From: Candidatus Nomurabacteria bacterium
GTDB lineage: Bacteria; Patescibacteriota; Minisyncoccia; Phycocordibacterales; UBA918
Length of the DNA: 64,000 nucleotides
NCBI GenBank assembly: GCA_020632135.1
Contig: JACKGC010000001.1
Span: forward strand, 446,134-510,133
Direction: 5' to 3'
Shown: in pieces, positions 37,625 to 46,651 of the stretch
How the letters are laid out: each line of letters starts with the position of its first letter
Position numbering within the stretch: the first letter of the stretch is position 1
Notes under the pieces: generated by a model
What the model saw: the letters and a program-made list of their open reading frames with translations, nothing else
The model's database searches: none
Told to the model about the DNA's origin: nothing
Made by a program: the position numbers and the translations under genes

Positions 37625-40126
37625 ATGAAGCAGACAAGAATGTATATGATCGGCACCTTCGTGGTGCTGTGTGGTTGTTTTGGTGTTACGAGTAGTGCGG
37701 CAGCCAGTTGCGGCGATGTGGTTTATCCCGAAGGATTCTTCGACGAAGGCAGTCTTGAAGAACGAACACCGATTGAGAATTGCGACGATCCATTTGGAGA
37801 GACAATCGAACCGGTGACCGGAGTTACCTATTTGCTTGGTACAACTACCATAAGTGAGGGGAGTGAGATATTGCTTGCTGAGCTGCCGGTTACAGTAGAG
37901 CTTGAAACAAACGTTGAGCACAGTCCGAAAAGTGCAACCGTCCTTACTGACGTGTACCACCTGGTAGAAGGTGACTATTATTTTGTACAGCCAGACGCAC
38001 ATGAGCTAACTATCACCGCCACCGGTACGTACGTTCTTGTTACCACGATCAATGAGCTCATTTTTTCGGAACGCCCCTCATGGCTCGAGTCCTTGTGGTC
38101 TATTTTGTGGCCGCAACTTGCTCACGCCCAATCTCAGGAATTTATTTCACCCGAGATCCACGTCACCACCTTCATGGTCTCATTGCCGCCTCCACCCGAA
38201 CCAGAAGCAACGGGTGCTTCAAGCGTGCTCTTTTTGCCAGGGCTCCAGGCAAGTCGGTTGTACCTGGAAGACGGTGATGGTGACGAAAATCGCATTTGGG
38301 AGCCAAACATTGATGCTGATGTGGAAAAGCTTGCGATGACAGAAAACGGCAGCAGTATTAACCAGGTGTACAAAAAAGATGTATTAGACGAGGTCTATGG
38401 CGTGGACAATGTTTATAAGGGGTTTCTAAAGCATCTGCATAACCTACAGGATGACAAAGTGATAAAAGCATACTATCCTTTCGCCTACGACTGGCGATAT
38501 GATGTGTTTGATGTTGCAACACGTCCTGTTCGCCTCAAGGACAATCAAACTCAAAGTCTAGTTAATAAAGTACTTGATTTAGCTGAAGAATCGTACACAG
38601 GCAAGGTCACCATTGTTGCTCATTCAAATGGTGGTTTGGTAGCTAAGGCGCTCCTGCATGAATTTGGTGAGAGTGAGCTAGCGAACAAGGTAGATAAGTT
38701 GATCATGGTTGGCACACCTCAGCTTGGTACCCCTAAGGCGATTGGTTCGCTACTCCACGGCCTTGATCAAGGTACACCACTCGGATTAATTATAAACCGA
38801 GCGACAGTTAGGGAGGTGTCCCGTAATATGCCAGGAGCGTACGCACTATTACCATCGGCCAAATATTTTGAGTTGGCTACTGATGTTGTGGTAACGACTG
38901 ATGGATCAGAGATGGCGCAGTCGATCGCAGCATACGGTGACATACAAACGGCAGCCGCGCTGCGCAGCTTCTTGCTTGATGACAAAGATCGACTAGATGA
39001 TGCAGTTACAATCAATGACCCACTGACCCTAAACCCACTCATGGTGGAGAGCGCGATCGCTTCGCATAATATTCTAGACAATTGGGTGGCTCCTGAAGGT
39101 GTAGAGGTGTATGAAGTGGTTGGTACTGGCTTACCAACAGTGAAAGGTTTGGAGTACCGAGAGTTTTCTTGCAATACTAATCCGTTTTGTACAATTAAAC
39201 CATTTATGAAGCCGATACCACTAGAGACTAACCAGGGTGACCAAACGGTGGTGGCCATATCAGCTAGTGGGTACAGAGATAATAAAATAACAGCTTACAT
39301 TGATCTAAAAGCTGACGGGGAGGGTTTAACTAGATCAAATAGAGAACACAAAGACCTCACCGACAGCAAAACAGTACAAGATTTCATAACATCTGTTCTT
39401 AAGTACCCATATCTTGCTGATTCGATTCATGTTCCTGAGTTCACAGAGGTGAGTACTTCTTACACGATCATTGGCGGCCACTCACCAATCACTCTCACAG
39501 CCACGGACAATCAAGGGAACCAAGTTGGGATTGTTGATGGTGAAGTACGGCAAGATATTACTGGTTCACAATACTTCGAATTTGCTGGCAGCAAATACTT
39601 GGTGATTCCAAATGGTGTTGACTACACCGTTGAGATAGCTGGGACTGATGAGGGGTACTACTCACTCACTATAGACGAACTTAGCGGTAGTGATGAGCAA
39701 ACTCCAGTCGCTCTTTTGATTGGGGCAACAACGAGTCCTGCTATGCGAGCTTCATTTAGCGTTCGTGATGGGGAATTTGGTATCTTGGAGACTGATTCTG
39801 ACGGCGATGGTGAGATTGATTACATACAAACGCTAGAGGGGGACTTTGTGGAAGAAGAGACTCCTAGCCACTCATATTCAGACCTAATTTCTGCGGTAAA
39901 AAATCTCAAGGTGAATAGGGGAATCAAAGTGAAACTGCTTACGCACATCCGCCTGGCTGAGGATCTTCACCGAAAGGTTGATTGGTCGTTGTTTAAGAAG
40001 TTGGAGCAAAAAGCCCTTAAGAATCTGTTGCAAACACTTAAAGGTTATAATAAGCGAGGCATGATTACAGAGGAAGAGTTCATTGGTTTGGAAAATATTA
40101 TCAACTATTTGCAACAGAACATATGA
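37625..40126 (+). CDS. secreted alpha/beta-hydrolase (lipase/esterase-like; PGAP1/LCAT-like fold)
   Basis: Signal peptide 'MKQTRMYMIGTFVVLCGCFGVTSSAAA' and the nucleophile-elbow-like 'IVAHSNGGLVA'. 834 aa from the ATG (the ORF starts at a TTG at 37583). Confidence 0.65.
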   Translation: MKQTRMYMIGTFVVLCGCFGVTSSAAASCGDVVYPEGFFDEGSLEERTPIENCDDPFGETIEPVTGVTYLLGTTTISEGSEILLAELPVTVELETNVEHSPKSATVLTDVYHLVEGDYYFVQPDAHELTITATGTYVLVTTINELIFSERPSWLESLWSILWPQLAHAQSQEFISPEIHVTTFMVSLPPPPEPEATGASSVLFLPGLQASRLYLEDGDGDENRIWEPNIDADVEKLAMTENGSSINQVYKKDVLDEVYGVDNVYKGFLKHLHNLQDDKVIKAYYPFAYDWRYDVFDVATRPVRLKDNQTQSLVNKVLDLAEESYTGKVTIVAHSNGGLVAKALLHEFGESELANKVDKLIMVGTPQLGTPKAIGSLLHGLDQGTPLGLIINRATVREVSRNMPGAYALLPSAKYFELATDVVVTTDGSEMAQSIAAYGDIQTAAALRSFLLDDKDRLDDAVTINDPLTLNPLMVESAIASHNILDNWVAPEGVEVYEVVGTGLPTVKGLEYREFSCNTNPFCTIKPFMKPIPLETNQGDQTVVAISASGYRDNKITAYIDLKADGEGLTRSNREHKDLTDSKTVQDFITSVLKYPYLADSIHVPEFTEVSTSYTIIGGHSPITLTATDNQGNQVGIVDGEVRQDITGSQYFEFAGSKYLVIPNGVDYTVEIAGTDEGYYSLTIDELSGSDEQTPVALLIGATTSPAMRASFSVRDGEFGILETDSDGDGEIDYIQTLEGDFVEEETPSHSYSDLISAVKNLKVNRGIKVKLLTHIRLAEDLHRKVDWSLFKKLEQKALKNLLQTLKGYNKRGMITEEEFIGLENIINYLQQNI

Positions 40127-40518
40127 AAAAAAGCATAAGTAAGAAAGTCTTGTACACTAGCTTAGGAGTAATTGGATTGCTACTCGCTATCACCGAACCG
40201 GCAACACATTTTTTGCACGGTGGAATGTTTGTTGTATACGAGCCAATTTTGCTTGAGCCGATATTCTTTTCTTTTATAGCCTTGGCCGTATCCTCAGCAA
40301 TACTTTTGTCCTCTACAGAAGAGACGTCTCGTCTCTGGTGGAAGAAGTTTATGGTATGGTTCGCACCGCTCGCGGTCATTGTGATTGCGAGTGGTACTGA
40401 TGGTTCTGGGTATGTTTGGTTGCCGCGGACTGATCTGTCCGTCATTGTCGGCAGTGTGCTTGTTGTGATAACACTCATTTTTGCATTGGTGCAGCGTTTC
40501 TACTATAAGGTTAAATAG
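40123..40518 (+). CDS. small membrane protein (3-4 TM)
   Basis: Its ATG overlaps the upstream stop (ATGA). Hydrophobic throughout. Confidence 0.5.
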   Translation: MKKSISKKVLYTSLGVIGLLLAITEPATHFLHGGMFVVYEPILLEPIFFSFIALAVSSAILLSSTEETSRLWWKKFMVWFAPLAVIVIASGTDGSGYVWLPRTDLSVIVGSVLVVITLIFALVQRFYYKVK

Positions 40519-40601
40519 GTTTTTCTGGCGCCTTCCTTGTGCCATGAGAGTCCCAAGGACCAACCTTAAGCAAAGACCAAGGTTAGACATTTATTTGGGG
40601 G

Positions 40602-40814
40602 ATGAGAAGTAGACTCCCTGCACTGTTGCGCAGAGTCGATCTAGCCGAAGCCATGTCACAGAAGCCAGATCGACGGGTGTTTGATAAGCTGGAAAAACTG
40701 TTCTTGTCTGGTTTGCAGGCCCAACTACAGCAGCTGGCGCGACAAGATAAGATCAATGATGAGGATATGGCAGATTTGATAAAATTAATCAAGACCTTAA
40801 AAGGAAATGTTTAG
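40602..40814 (+). CDS. small hypothetical helical protein (70 aa)
   Basis: Short ORF that overlaps the next gene by 8 nt. Confidence 0.3.
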   Translation: MRSRLPALLRRVDLAEAMSQKPDRRVFDKLEKLFLSGLQAQLQQLARQDKINDEDMADLIKLIKTLKGNV

Positions 40815-41232
40815 TATGGATATTCTAAAAAAATACAGGTGGAAAGTCATAAATACGACGGTACTTTTAATTAGTACGGTTGTGTACTGTTGGTCAATAA
40901 TGTATTGGCAAACAGTGTGTATAGGTCAAGACGCATGTAGCTTCAATTTCATGACAGGGGTGTTACTTCCTGTTAAAAGTGCTGCATTGTTTCTTTGTAT
41001 CAATTTCTTTGTTTTCTTATTTCTTCCACAATCATATTTCCGGCGCTATATCACTCGATGGTTTTGGTGGCTGTTCCTCATTGCTTTTGTAGTAGCTGCT
41101 ATTACGGAACCGGTAGCCGGCTCTATGGTTGGGTTTGATCGTGATTTAGTGGTAAAGGGGTTGGGTATTTCTCTAGTGGCACAGGCTTTCTTGTTTGTTG
41201 TACTTACCTTATACAAAAAACGCAAGGCGTAG
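40807..41232 (+). CDS. small membrane protein (4 TM)
   Basis: Hydrophobic ORF of 141 aa. Confidence 0.5.
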   Translation: MFSMDILKKYRWKVINTTVLLISTVVYCWSIMYWQTVCIGQDACSFNFMTGVLLPVKSAALFLCINFFVFLFLPQSYFRRYITRWFWWLFLIAFVVAAITEPVAGSMVGFDRDLVVKGLGISLVAQAFLFVVLTLYKKRKA

Positions 41233-41267
41233 TTCCTCTGCTTGGAGAGATGATATACTAAGCGCAC

Positions 41268-41735
41268 ATGCTCCGTGTCACTGACCAGTACTTTTGGAAT
41301 TTTGTGTCTGTGCTGTTTTTCGTGATCCTGGTGGTGATGGGCGCGATCATTCTCGAGACTGAGGCGCGGATTCCGCTCGTGGATCTAGCACTCGTCGATT
41401 ACGTGCTCATCACGCTCGCATCGTGGCGCCTGACCCGGCTCTTTGTGTACGATGTGGTCACCAAGTGGTTCCGGGAGCAGTTTTGGGACGTGAAGAAGGT
41501 GGGGCGGTCACTGCAGTTGGTGAAGCCGAAGACCGGCCCACGCCGCACCGTAGCCGACCTCATGGACTGTCCGTGGTGCTTCGGTATGTGGGCTGCGGCG
41601 AGCATCACCTTTTTCTACCTCATTACCCCGTACGCGGTGTTTCCGGTGGTGCTCCTGGCACTCTCTGGTGTGGCCACCTTTTTACAGCTCCTCAGTAACC
41701 TCATTGGTAATAAGGCTGTGCGGCTTGAGGAGTAG
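41268..41735 (+). CDS. membrane protein with a 'CPWCFGMW' motif (DUF1360-like)
   Basis: The CPWC..W motif sits between TM helices, as in the DUF1360 family. Confidence 0.55.
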   Translation: MLRVTDQYFWNFVSVLFFVILVVMGAIILETEARIPLVDLALVDYVLITLASWRLTRLFVYDVVTKWFREQFWDVKKVGRSLQLVKPKTGPRRTVADLMDCPWCFGMWAAASITFFYLITPYAVFPVVLLALSGVATFLQLLSNLIGNKAVRLEE

Positions 41736-41817
41736 TATCACAACGTATCCTGGGCAACGGCTACAAAATACGCTACAGTACAGCCGGTAGTTCTTTTTTT
41801 TGCACTCGGGGGTGCGT

Positions 41818-42405
41818 ATGACCGTTGAGTTATACTGGCAAGAGACCAAACGGCAATGGAATGTGCCGAATGTCTTGACCATGAGTCGGGCAGTGACAGG
41901 GATTGCGCTGCCGTTGTTTTGGTACGGCGGGCCATGGTGGCTGGTGGGGGCCATTGTCTTTGCGGGGGTTTCAGATGGACTCGATGGCTACTTGGCTCGC
42001 AAGTTAAAGACTGAAACGCCAATCGGTGGCGTGCTTGACCCACTGGCAGACAAGGTCTTCACCGACTTTTTCCTTCTGGGGCTAGCGTTTACTGAGATTT
42101 CCATTTGGTTCTCTGTGTTGGCGGTGGTGACGATCCTGTATGATATCGATAATACCTACCAGCGCCGTGGTGATATCGTTACCGCGTTTCGTGGTACGTC
42201 TGTGCCGCCCACCAAACCAGTCACGAAACTATCGAAGGTAAAAACCGCCTTGCTGTTTTTTGTAATGGCGGTGGTAGTACTCTATCCAGGGTATTTGGCG
42301 GCCTATGTGCCGTACGTAGCCCTGGAGCTGCTCGCTCTGCTCGCGTTGAGCTTGGTGGTGGCCTCGTGGGCGCTTAATCGTCAGCAACTCTTTCGCGCTA
42401 CATGA
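41818..42405 (+). CDS. pgsA: CDP-alcohol phosphatidyltransferase (phosphatidylglycerophosphate synthase-like)
   Basis: 'DGLDGYLARKLKTETPIGGVLDPLADKV' matches the D-G-x2-A-R...G...D-x3-D motif. The ORF starts at a TTG at 41800; the ATG is at 41818. Confidence 0.8.
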   Translation: MTVELYWQETKRQWNVPNVLTMSRAVTGIALPLFWYGGPWWLVGAIVFAGVSDGLDGYLARKLKTETPIGGVLDPLADKVFTDFFLLGLAFTEISIWFSVLAVVTILYDIDNTYQRRGDIVTAFRGTSVPPTKPVTKLSKVKTALLFFVMAVVVLYPGYLAAYVPYVALELLALLALSLVVASWALNRQQLFRAT

Positions 42406-42423
42406 AGCTGCTATCTTGTAATT

Positions 42424-42453
42424 AGTCCGCCCTTGGCGGACTTTATTTTTGTG
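42424..42453 (+). terminator. rho-independent terminator after pgsA
   Basis: agtccgcc-cttg-gcggact followed by ttatttttgtg. Confidence 0.75.
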
Positions 42454-42470
42454 CTAAGATTTTGAAGTTT

Positions 42471-42508
42471 CGGGCTATAGCATAGTGGTAGTGTGCGCCC
42501 ATGGGGTG
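42471..42508 (+). pseudogene. tRNA-like 5' half (acceptor and D arm plus the start of the anticodon arm), apparently truncated
   Basis: cgggctatagcatagtggtagtgtgcgcccatggggtg is about 85% identical to the first 38 nt of the tRNA-Pro at 42629. I could not find a matching 3' half (TAGCCCG) or a T-arm downstream. Confidence 0.45.
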
Positions 42509-42628
42509 AGACAGTCTGGGGGACTGTCGCAAGACCTTGCCTGGTATTTTCTGAATACTTGGAAGGGAATACCGACAAGGTGTACAGCCTCTGTAAGAGG
42601 GGTGTGGTATCTTTGGTGTACAGATGTT

Positions 42629-42699
42629 CGGGGTGTAGCATAGTGGTAGTGTGCACGCATGGGGTGCGTGTGGCTCGAGTTCGATTCTCGGCATCCCGA
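42629..42699 (+). tRNA. tRNA-Pro (anticodon GGG), CCA not encoded
   Basis: Manual fold: acceptor CGGGGTG/CATCCCG; D-arm GCAT-AGTGGTA-GTGT; anticodon stem CACGC/GCGTG with loop ATGGGGT (U33, GGG, G37); variable loop TGGC; T-arm TCGAG-TTCGATT-CTCGG; discriminator A. Confidence 0.75.
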
Positions 42700-42721
42700 C
42701 TAAGACTTTCTTATTAATACA

Positions 42722-42758
42722 GGAAGGCCGGCGCCGCAGGCGCCGGCCCTTTACTTTT
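42722..42758 (+). terminator. rho-independent terminator after the tRNA
   Basis: ggccggcgcc-gcag-gcgccggcc followed by ctttacttttcc. Confidence 0.7.
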
Positions 42759-42896
42759 CCACTCCTTTTGATACAGTGTTTCGCATCAGGCTCATGACAG
42801 CTGGTCTGGTTGCGCAAAGGCAGCTAGGTAATGGAGCGTTTGCTCCGCCCGCCGAGGTCCATCTATCTTATCTTGATAATGGAGGTCGAAGCCTAG

Positions 42897-42927
42897 GGCG
42901 CGAAAAAAGCTTCGCTTTTTTCGCGCC
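42897..42927 (+). promoter_or_regulatory. hairpin abutting the rplJ start (candidate L10-leader attenuator)
   Basis: ggcgcgaaaaaagc-ttc-gcttttttcgcgcc is a 14-bp stem with an internal U-tract, ending about 40 nt before the rplJ ATG at 42967. The intergenic region from 42759 to 42966 is otherwise untranslated. Confidence 0.4.
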
Positions 42928-42966
42928 ATGGGTCTGATTACTTTACCCATTGATTTCAATCAAATC

Positions 42967-43455
42967 ATGGCAATTACAAAAGCAAAAAAGCAGGACATTC
43001 TCGCGAAGCTTGATGGAGTCAAGTCTGACTCAGATTCAATCGTTTTCGTAAAGTTTAATGGCATGACGGTAGCCGATACCACTGCAATGCGAGCGCAGCT
43101 CCGCGAGCAGGGGGTAGGCTACTTCGTAGCCAAGAAAACACTCATGAAGCGAGCCTTCGATGGCGCGTTTAAGGGTGAAATGCCTACCTTAGAAGGAGAG
43201 ATCGCCGTGGCATACAGTGCTGATGCGATCACTCCAGCTCAGCAGATCAAGGAGTACACTGGCAAGTTCAAGGACAACCTCAGCATCGCTGGTGGCGTCT
43301 TCCAGGGGGTATACAAGGATGCAGCGGAAATGACCGAAATTGCATCTATTCCACCACTACCAGTGCTTCGTGGTATGTTCGTCAACGTTATCAATTCACC
43401 TATTCAGGGCATGGCTATTGTTCTCAATGCTGTGGCTGAGAAAAAGGGTGCATAA
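42967..43455 (+). CDS. rplJ: 50S ribosomal protein L10
   Basis: The L10-like sequence 'MAITKAKKQDILAKL...GMTVADTTAMRAQLREQGVGYFVAKKTLMKRA', followed directly by rplL. The ORF also has an upstream in-frame ATG at 42928. Confidence 0.85.
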   Translation: MAITKAKKQDILAKLDGVKSDSDSIVFVKFNGMTVADTTAMRAQLREQGVGYFVAKKTLMKRAFDGAFKGEMPTLEGEIAVAYSADAITPAQQIKEYTGKFKDNLSIAGGVFQGVYKDAAEMTEIASIPPLPVLRGMFVNVINSPIQGMAIVLNAVAEKKGA

Positions 43456-43469
43456 TCTAATCTAGAAAC

Positions 43470-43970
43470 ATGTCTGATGAAAAAGAGACAGTAGTAGCCG
43501 AAGAGGCAGCTACCGAGACTGCCGCTCCAGAAGCAGCAGTCGAAGAAACAAAGGAAGAAGCTCCAGCCGCTGCTCCTGAGGCAGCTGAGGAGGTGGAGGT
43601 ACCAGCACAGTTCAAAGAGATCGTAGAAGCAGTTGAAAAAATGACTGTGCTCGAACTCCACGAACTCGTGAAGGTATTTGAGAAGAAGTTTGGTGTATCA
43701 GCTGCCGCTGTTGCAGTAGCTGGCCCAGCTGCTGGCGGTGACGCTGGCGGCGAGGAGCAGTCAGAGTTCACCGTTGAGCTCACTGACGCTGGTGCTCAGA
43801 AGATCGCGGTTATTAAGGCAGTGAAGGAGGCGCTCGGACTTGGTCTCAAGGAGGCTAAGGATATGGTAGATGGCGCTCCGGCTGAAGTTAAGACCGGCGT
43901 GAAGAAGGAAGATGCAGAGGAACTGAAGGCTAAGCTTGAAGAAGCTGGGGCTAAGGTAACCCTTAAGTAA
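43470..43970 (+). CDS. rplL: 50S ribosomal protein L7/L12 with an extended acidic N-terminal region
   Basis: The C-terminal domain '[68 protein letters not shown]' is canonical. 166 aa. Confidence 0.9.
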   Translation: MSDEKETVVAEEAATETAAPEAAVEETKEEAPAAAPEAAEEVEVPAQFKEIVEAVEKMTVLELHELVKVFEKKFGVSAAAVAVAGPAAGGDAGGEEQSEFTVELTDAGAQKIAVIKAVKEALGLGLKEAKDMVDGAPAEVKTGVKKEDAEELKAKLEEAGAKVTLK

Positions 43971-43989
43971 TAACGCTGTATTTGCGTAT

Positions 43990-44028
43990 AAAAAACCGGC
44001 CGGGCCCCTGCGGGGCCCGGCCGGTTTT
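43990..44028 (+). terminator. rho-independent terminator after rplL
   Basis: aaaaa-ccggccgggcccc-tgc-ggggcccggccgg-tttt. Confidence 0.8.
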
Positions 44029-44075
44029 ATGTAAAAATACGACACTCCCTCCTTACATTGTCCACCAGGAAGCTG

Positions 44076-44084
44076 TGTTATAAT
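44076..44084 (+). promoter_or_regulatory. candidate extended -10 promoter (TGtTATAAT)
   Basis: tgttataat lies 18 nt upstream of the ATG at 44102. Confidence 0.35.
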
Positions 44085-44101
44085 CGCCTCACCTTTTCAG
44101 T

Positions 44102-44737
44102 ATGGCAGCACGAGACCCACTTTCGATCCTGTTTGGCAGCGCCGCACGAGTGAAATTACTCCGTTTCTTTTTGTTTAATCCCTCTAAGGAATTTACTTTC
44201 GATGACATAAGCCGGCGCGCAAAACTCGTGCGGCGCACGGCTCGCACCGAGATGAATGCACTCGAAAAAGCCGAGGTGATCAAGCAAAAAACGGTCTACA
44301 TTGAAGTAGAGGGGAAGTCCAAGAAGATGAAGGCCATTGGTTACTCAGTCAACAAGGATTTTCCTGAGCTGCAGGCGCTCCAAACATTTCTGTTTGAAAC
44401 AGCACCGATTGATGGCAAGAATCTTCTCAAGCACCTACGGCAAGCGGGCACCCTCGATTTTGTCGGTGTGAGCGGTGTGTTCGTGCGTGATTTCGAGCAA
44501 CGGCTTGATGTGCTGATCGCGATGAAGAAATTCTCACAAGCAAAAATTGAAAAAGCCATTCGCTCGTTAGAAGCAGAGGTGGGTATTGAGATCCGGTTTG
44601 CAGCTATGTCTTCGGATGATCTCATGTATCGTGTGGGTATGTACGACAAGCTCACGCGTGATTTCTTTGACTACACGCACCAGGTGCTCATTGATCGGAT
44701 CGGGGTCAAAGATGAGGTGATGACGCAGCGAATGTAG
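44102..44737 (+). CDS. hypothetical protein with an N-terminal winged-HTH-like segment
   Basis: 'ARVKLLRFFLFNPSKEFTFDDISRRAKLVRRTARTEMNALEKAEVIK' resembles a wHTH. The remainder has no recognisable domain. Confidence 0.45.
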   Translation: MAARDPLSILFGSAARVKLLRFFLFNPSKEFTFDDISRRAKLVRRTARTEMNALEKAEVIKQKTVYIEVEGKSKKMKAIGYSVNKDFPELQALQTFLFETAPIDGKNLLKHLRQAGTLDFVGVSGVFVRDFEQRLDVLIAMKKFSQAKIEKAIRSLEAEVGIEIRFAAMSSDDLMYRVGMYDKLTRDFFDYTHQVLIDRIGVKDEVMTQRM

Positions 44738-44816
44738 CTAACAGGATTTTACGAAAAACCCACACTGAGGTGTGGTTTTTACTATTGTCCGCGTGTTCCA
44801 GTGCTAAACTAAAGGC

Positions 44817-45524
44817 ATGAAAAAACTCTCCAAGCTGACCGCGCGCGAACAGCGAGTAGAAGATTGGTTTGAAACGCCCATGCTGGTGGTCACATTGCTG
44901 CTGGTCGTCACCTTGGCTGTGCCGCTTCTTGTGTCGCTGCCGGCGCCATGGGTAAGTGTATTTGCCTTTCTAAACCTAGCCATTTGGTGCACCTTTTACA
45001 TCGAGCTCTTCGTAAAATTCTACGTGGCCAAGAGCAAGTCAGCTGCGTTAAAGCGAAACTGGTCGCTCGTCTTGATTGCGATTGCGCCACTCTTTCTCTC
45101 ACTGCGGTTGATGCGCGTGTCGCGTCTGGTGGGCGTAGTACGATTCTTGCGGCTGCAGAAGAGCGCGTCGCGATTACGTCGCAGTGTGCGTGAACTTATC
45201 TATAATGTTGAATACATCCTCCTCACTATCCTCATCTTTATCGTCGTGGCTGGTTTCTTGATGTGGCAGATTGAAGTGCGGTTCGATGGCTCTATTGTTT
45301 CACTTGCCGATTCACTCTGGTGGGCGGTCATTACTATTACCACCATCGGCTATGGCGATGTTATTCCTGCCTCAGCAGAAGGGAAATTGTTTGGTGCGAT
45401 TGTGAGCTTGCTCGGCACCATCTTGTTCATGATCTTCGTTGCACGAGTGACCACGATGTTTGTGCACAATAAGGAGATCAGTTCACTGAAACGTACGATC
45501 GAACGCCAGAAACGGCGCAAATAA
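44817..45524 (+). CDS. voltage-gated potassium channel (6TM, KvAP-like)
   Basis: The S4 segment 'RLMRVSRLVGVVRFLRLQK' has Arg at every third position. The selectivity filter is 'TTIGYGD'. Confidence 0.85.
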   Translation: MKKLSKLTAREQRVEDWFETPMLVVTLLLVVTLAVPLLVSLPAPWVSVFAFLNLAIWCTFYIELFVKFYVAKSKSAALKRNWSLVLIAIAPLFLSLRLMRVSRLVGVVRFLRLQKSASRLRRSVRELIYNVEYILLTILIFIVVAGFLMWQIEVRFDGSIVSLADSLWWAVITITTIGYGDVIPASAEGKLFGAIVSLLGTILFMIFVARVTTMFVHNKEISSLKRTIERQKRRK

Positions 45525-46605
45525 ACCAGTGCACGATTGTGGATAAACTGTTGATAGGACAGTTGAAAAATATCCAGATTAGGTGCTTGACTTTATTTTC
45601 GGTTCGTATATACTCATGGCCACGTATTTATGAAGTTTGGAGAAAAAGCCACGTCGTAGCAAGCGAATCACGAGTGATTTTCTTGCCGCGACTCCGCGGC
45701 TTTTTTCTGCCAAAGTTCAAGGGGATACGCGATCGTTGAAAATCGCATATTCAAGAAGACAGATTGATAAGATCTGTCTTCGAAAAGTCCTACCGGAATC
45801 GACGCCGGTAGGCAGATTCCGCGCGGCTCGCTCCGCGAGCCGCGCGGATCAGGTAACCGTCTATCGGGTAAAGACAATGAGCGATCGCTCGGGTCTTTTC
45901 GTCCCCGATAGACAAAACACACGCACCATGCCAGTCTCGCAAGCGATTGGTGTGGTGCACAGTCCGGAGTATGTATCTCCGGACGACACTCAAAATCTAT
46001 ACAGCGGTGTATAGCGTTCCCTATGGGAACGAAGGGTGTATGGTGGATGCCTTGGCTTCAAGAAGCGATGAAGGACGTGATATGGCTGCGATAAGATTCG
46101 GTGAGGTGCCAAATAACCTTTGACCCGGATATGTCCGAATGGGGAAACCCTCCTGTCATCGGCAGGAACCCTTGTATGAGGGAGCGTACGCAGGGAAGTG
46201 AAACATCTCAGTACCTGTAGGAAGAGAAAGCAATATACGGAAATTTCTTTCTGAACGGATGCTTAGCATCGCGTTCAGGAACTCGTTTCTGGACGTTGGT
46301 GCGAAAGCGCCATTACGTTCAGGAAGAAGTTTCTTGCGATTCCCGGAGTAGCGGCGAGCGAAAGGGGAACAGCCCAAACCATACATATTTATATGTATGG
46401 GGTTGTAGGGCAGAGTCTGCATTTAGTTGCGAAGAGTTACCAAGTTGGTATATAGGAAAACGCGTTGGGAAGCGCGACCCCAGAAGGTAATAGTCCTGTA
46501 TTCGAAATGTACCAGCCTCTTTTGACTCTGTTCCTGAGTAGCCCGAGACATGAATAGCTCGGGTGAATCTACCGGCACTAACCGGTAAGGCTAAATATTC
46601 TTGGA

Positions 46606-46651
<46 letters not shown>

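Noticed and set aside
45637-46014. 125-aa ORF in the 23S rRNA leader
   Set aside because: It overlaps the leader hairpins and the 23S processing stem and runs into the 23S 5' end. No protein-like motifs. Arg/Ser-rich as expected from GC-rich noncoding sequence.
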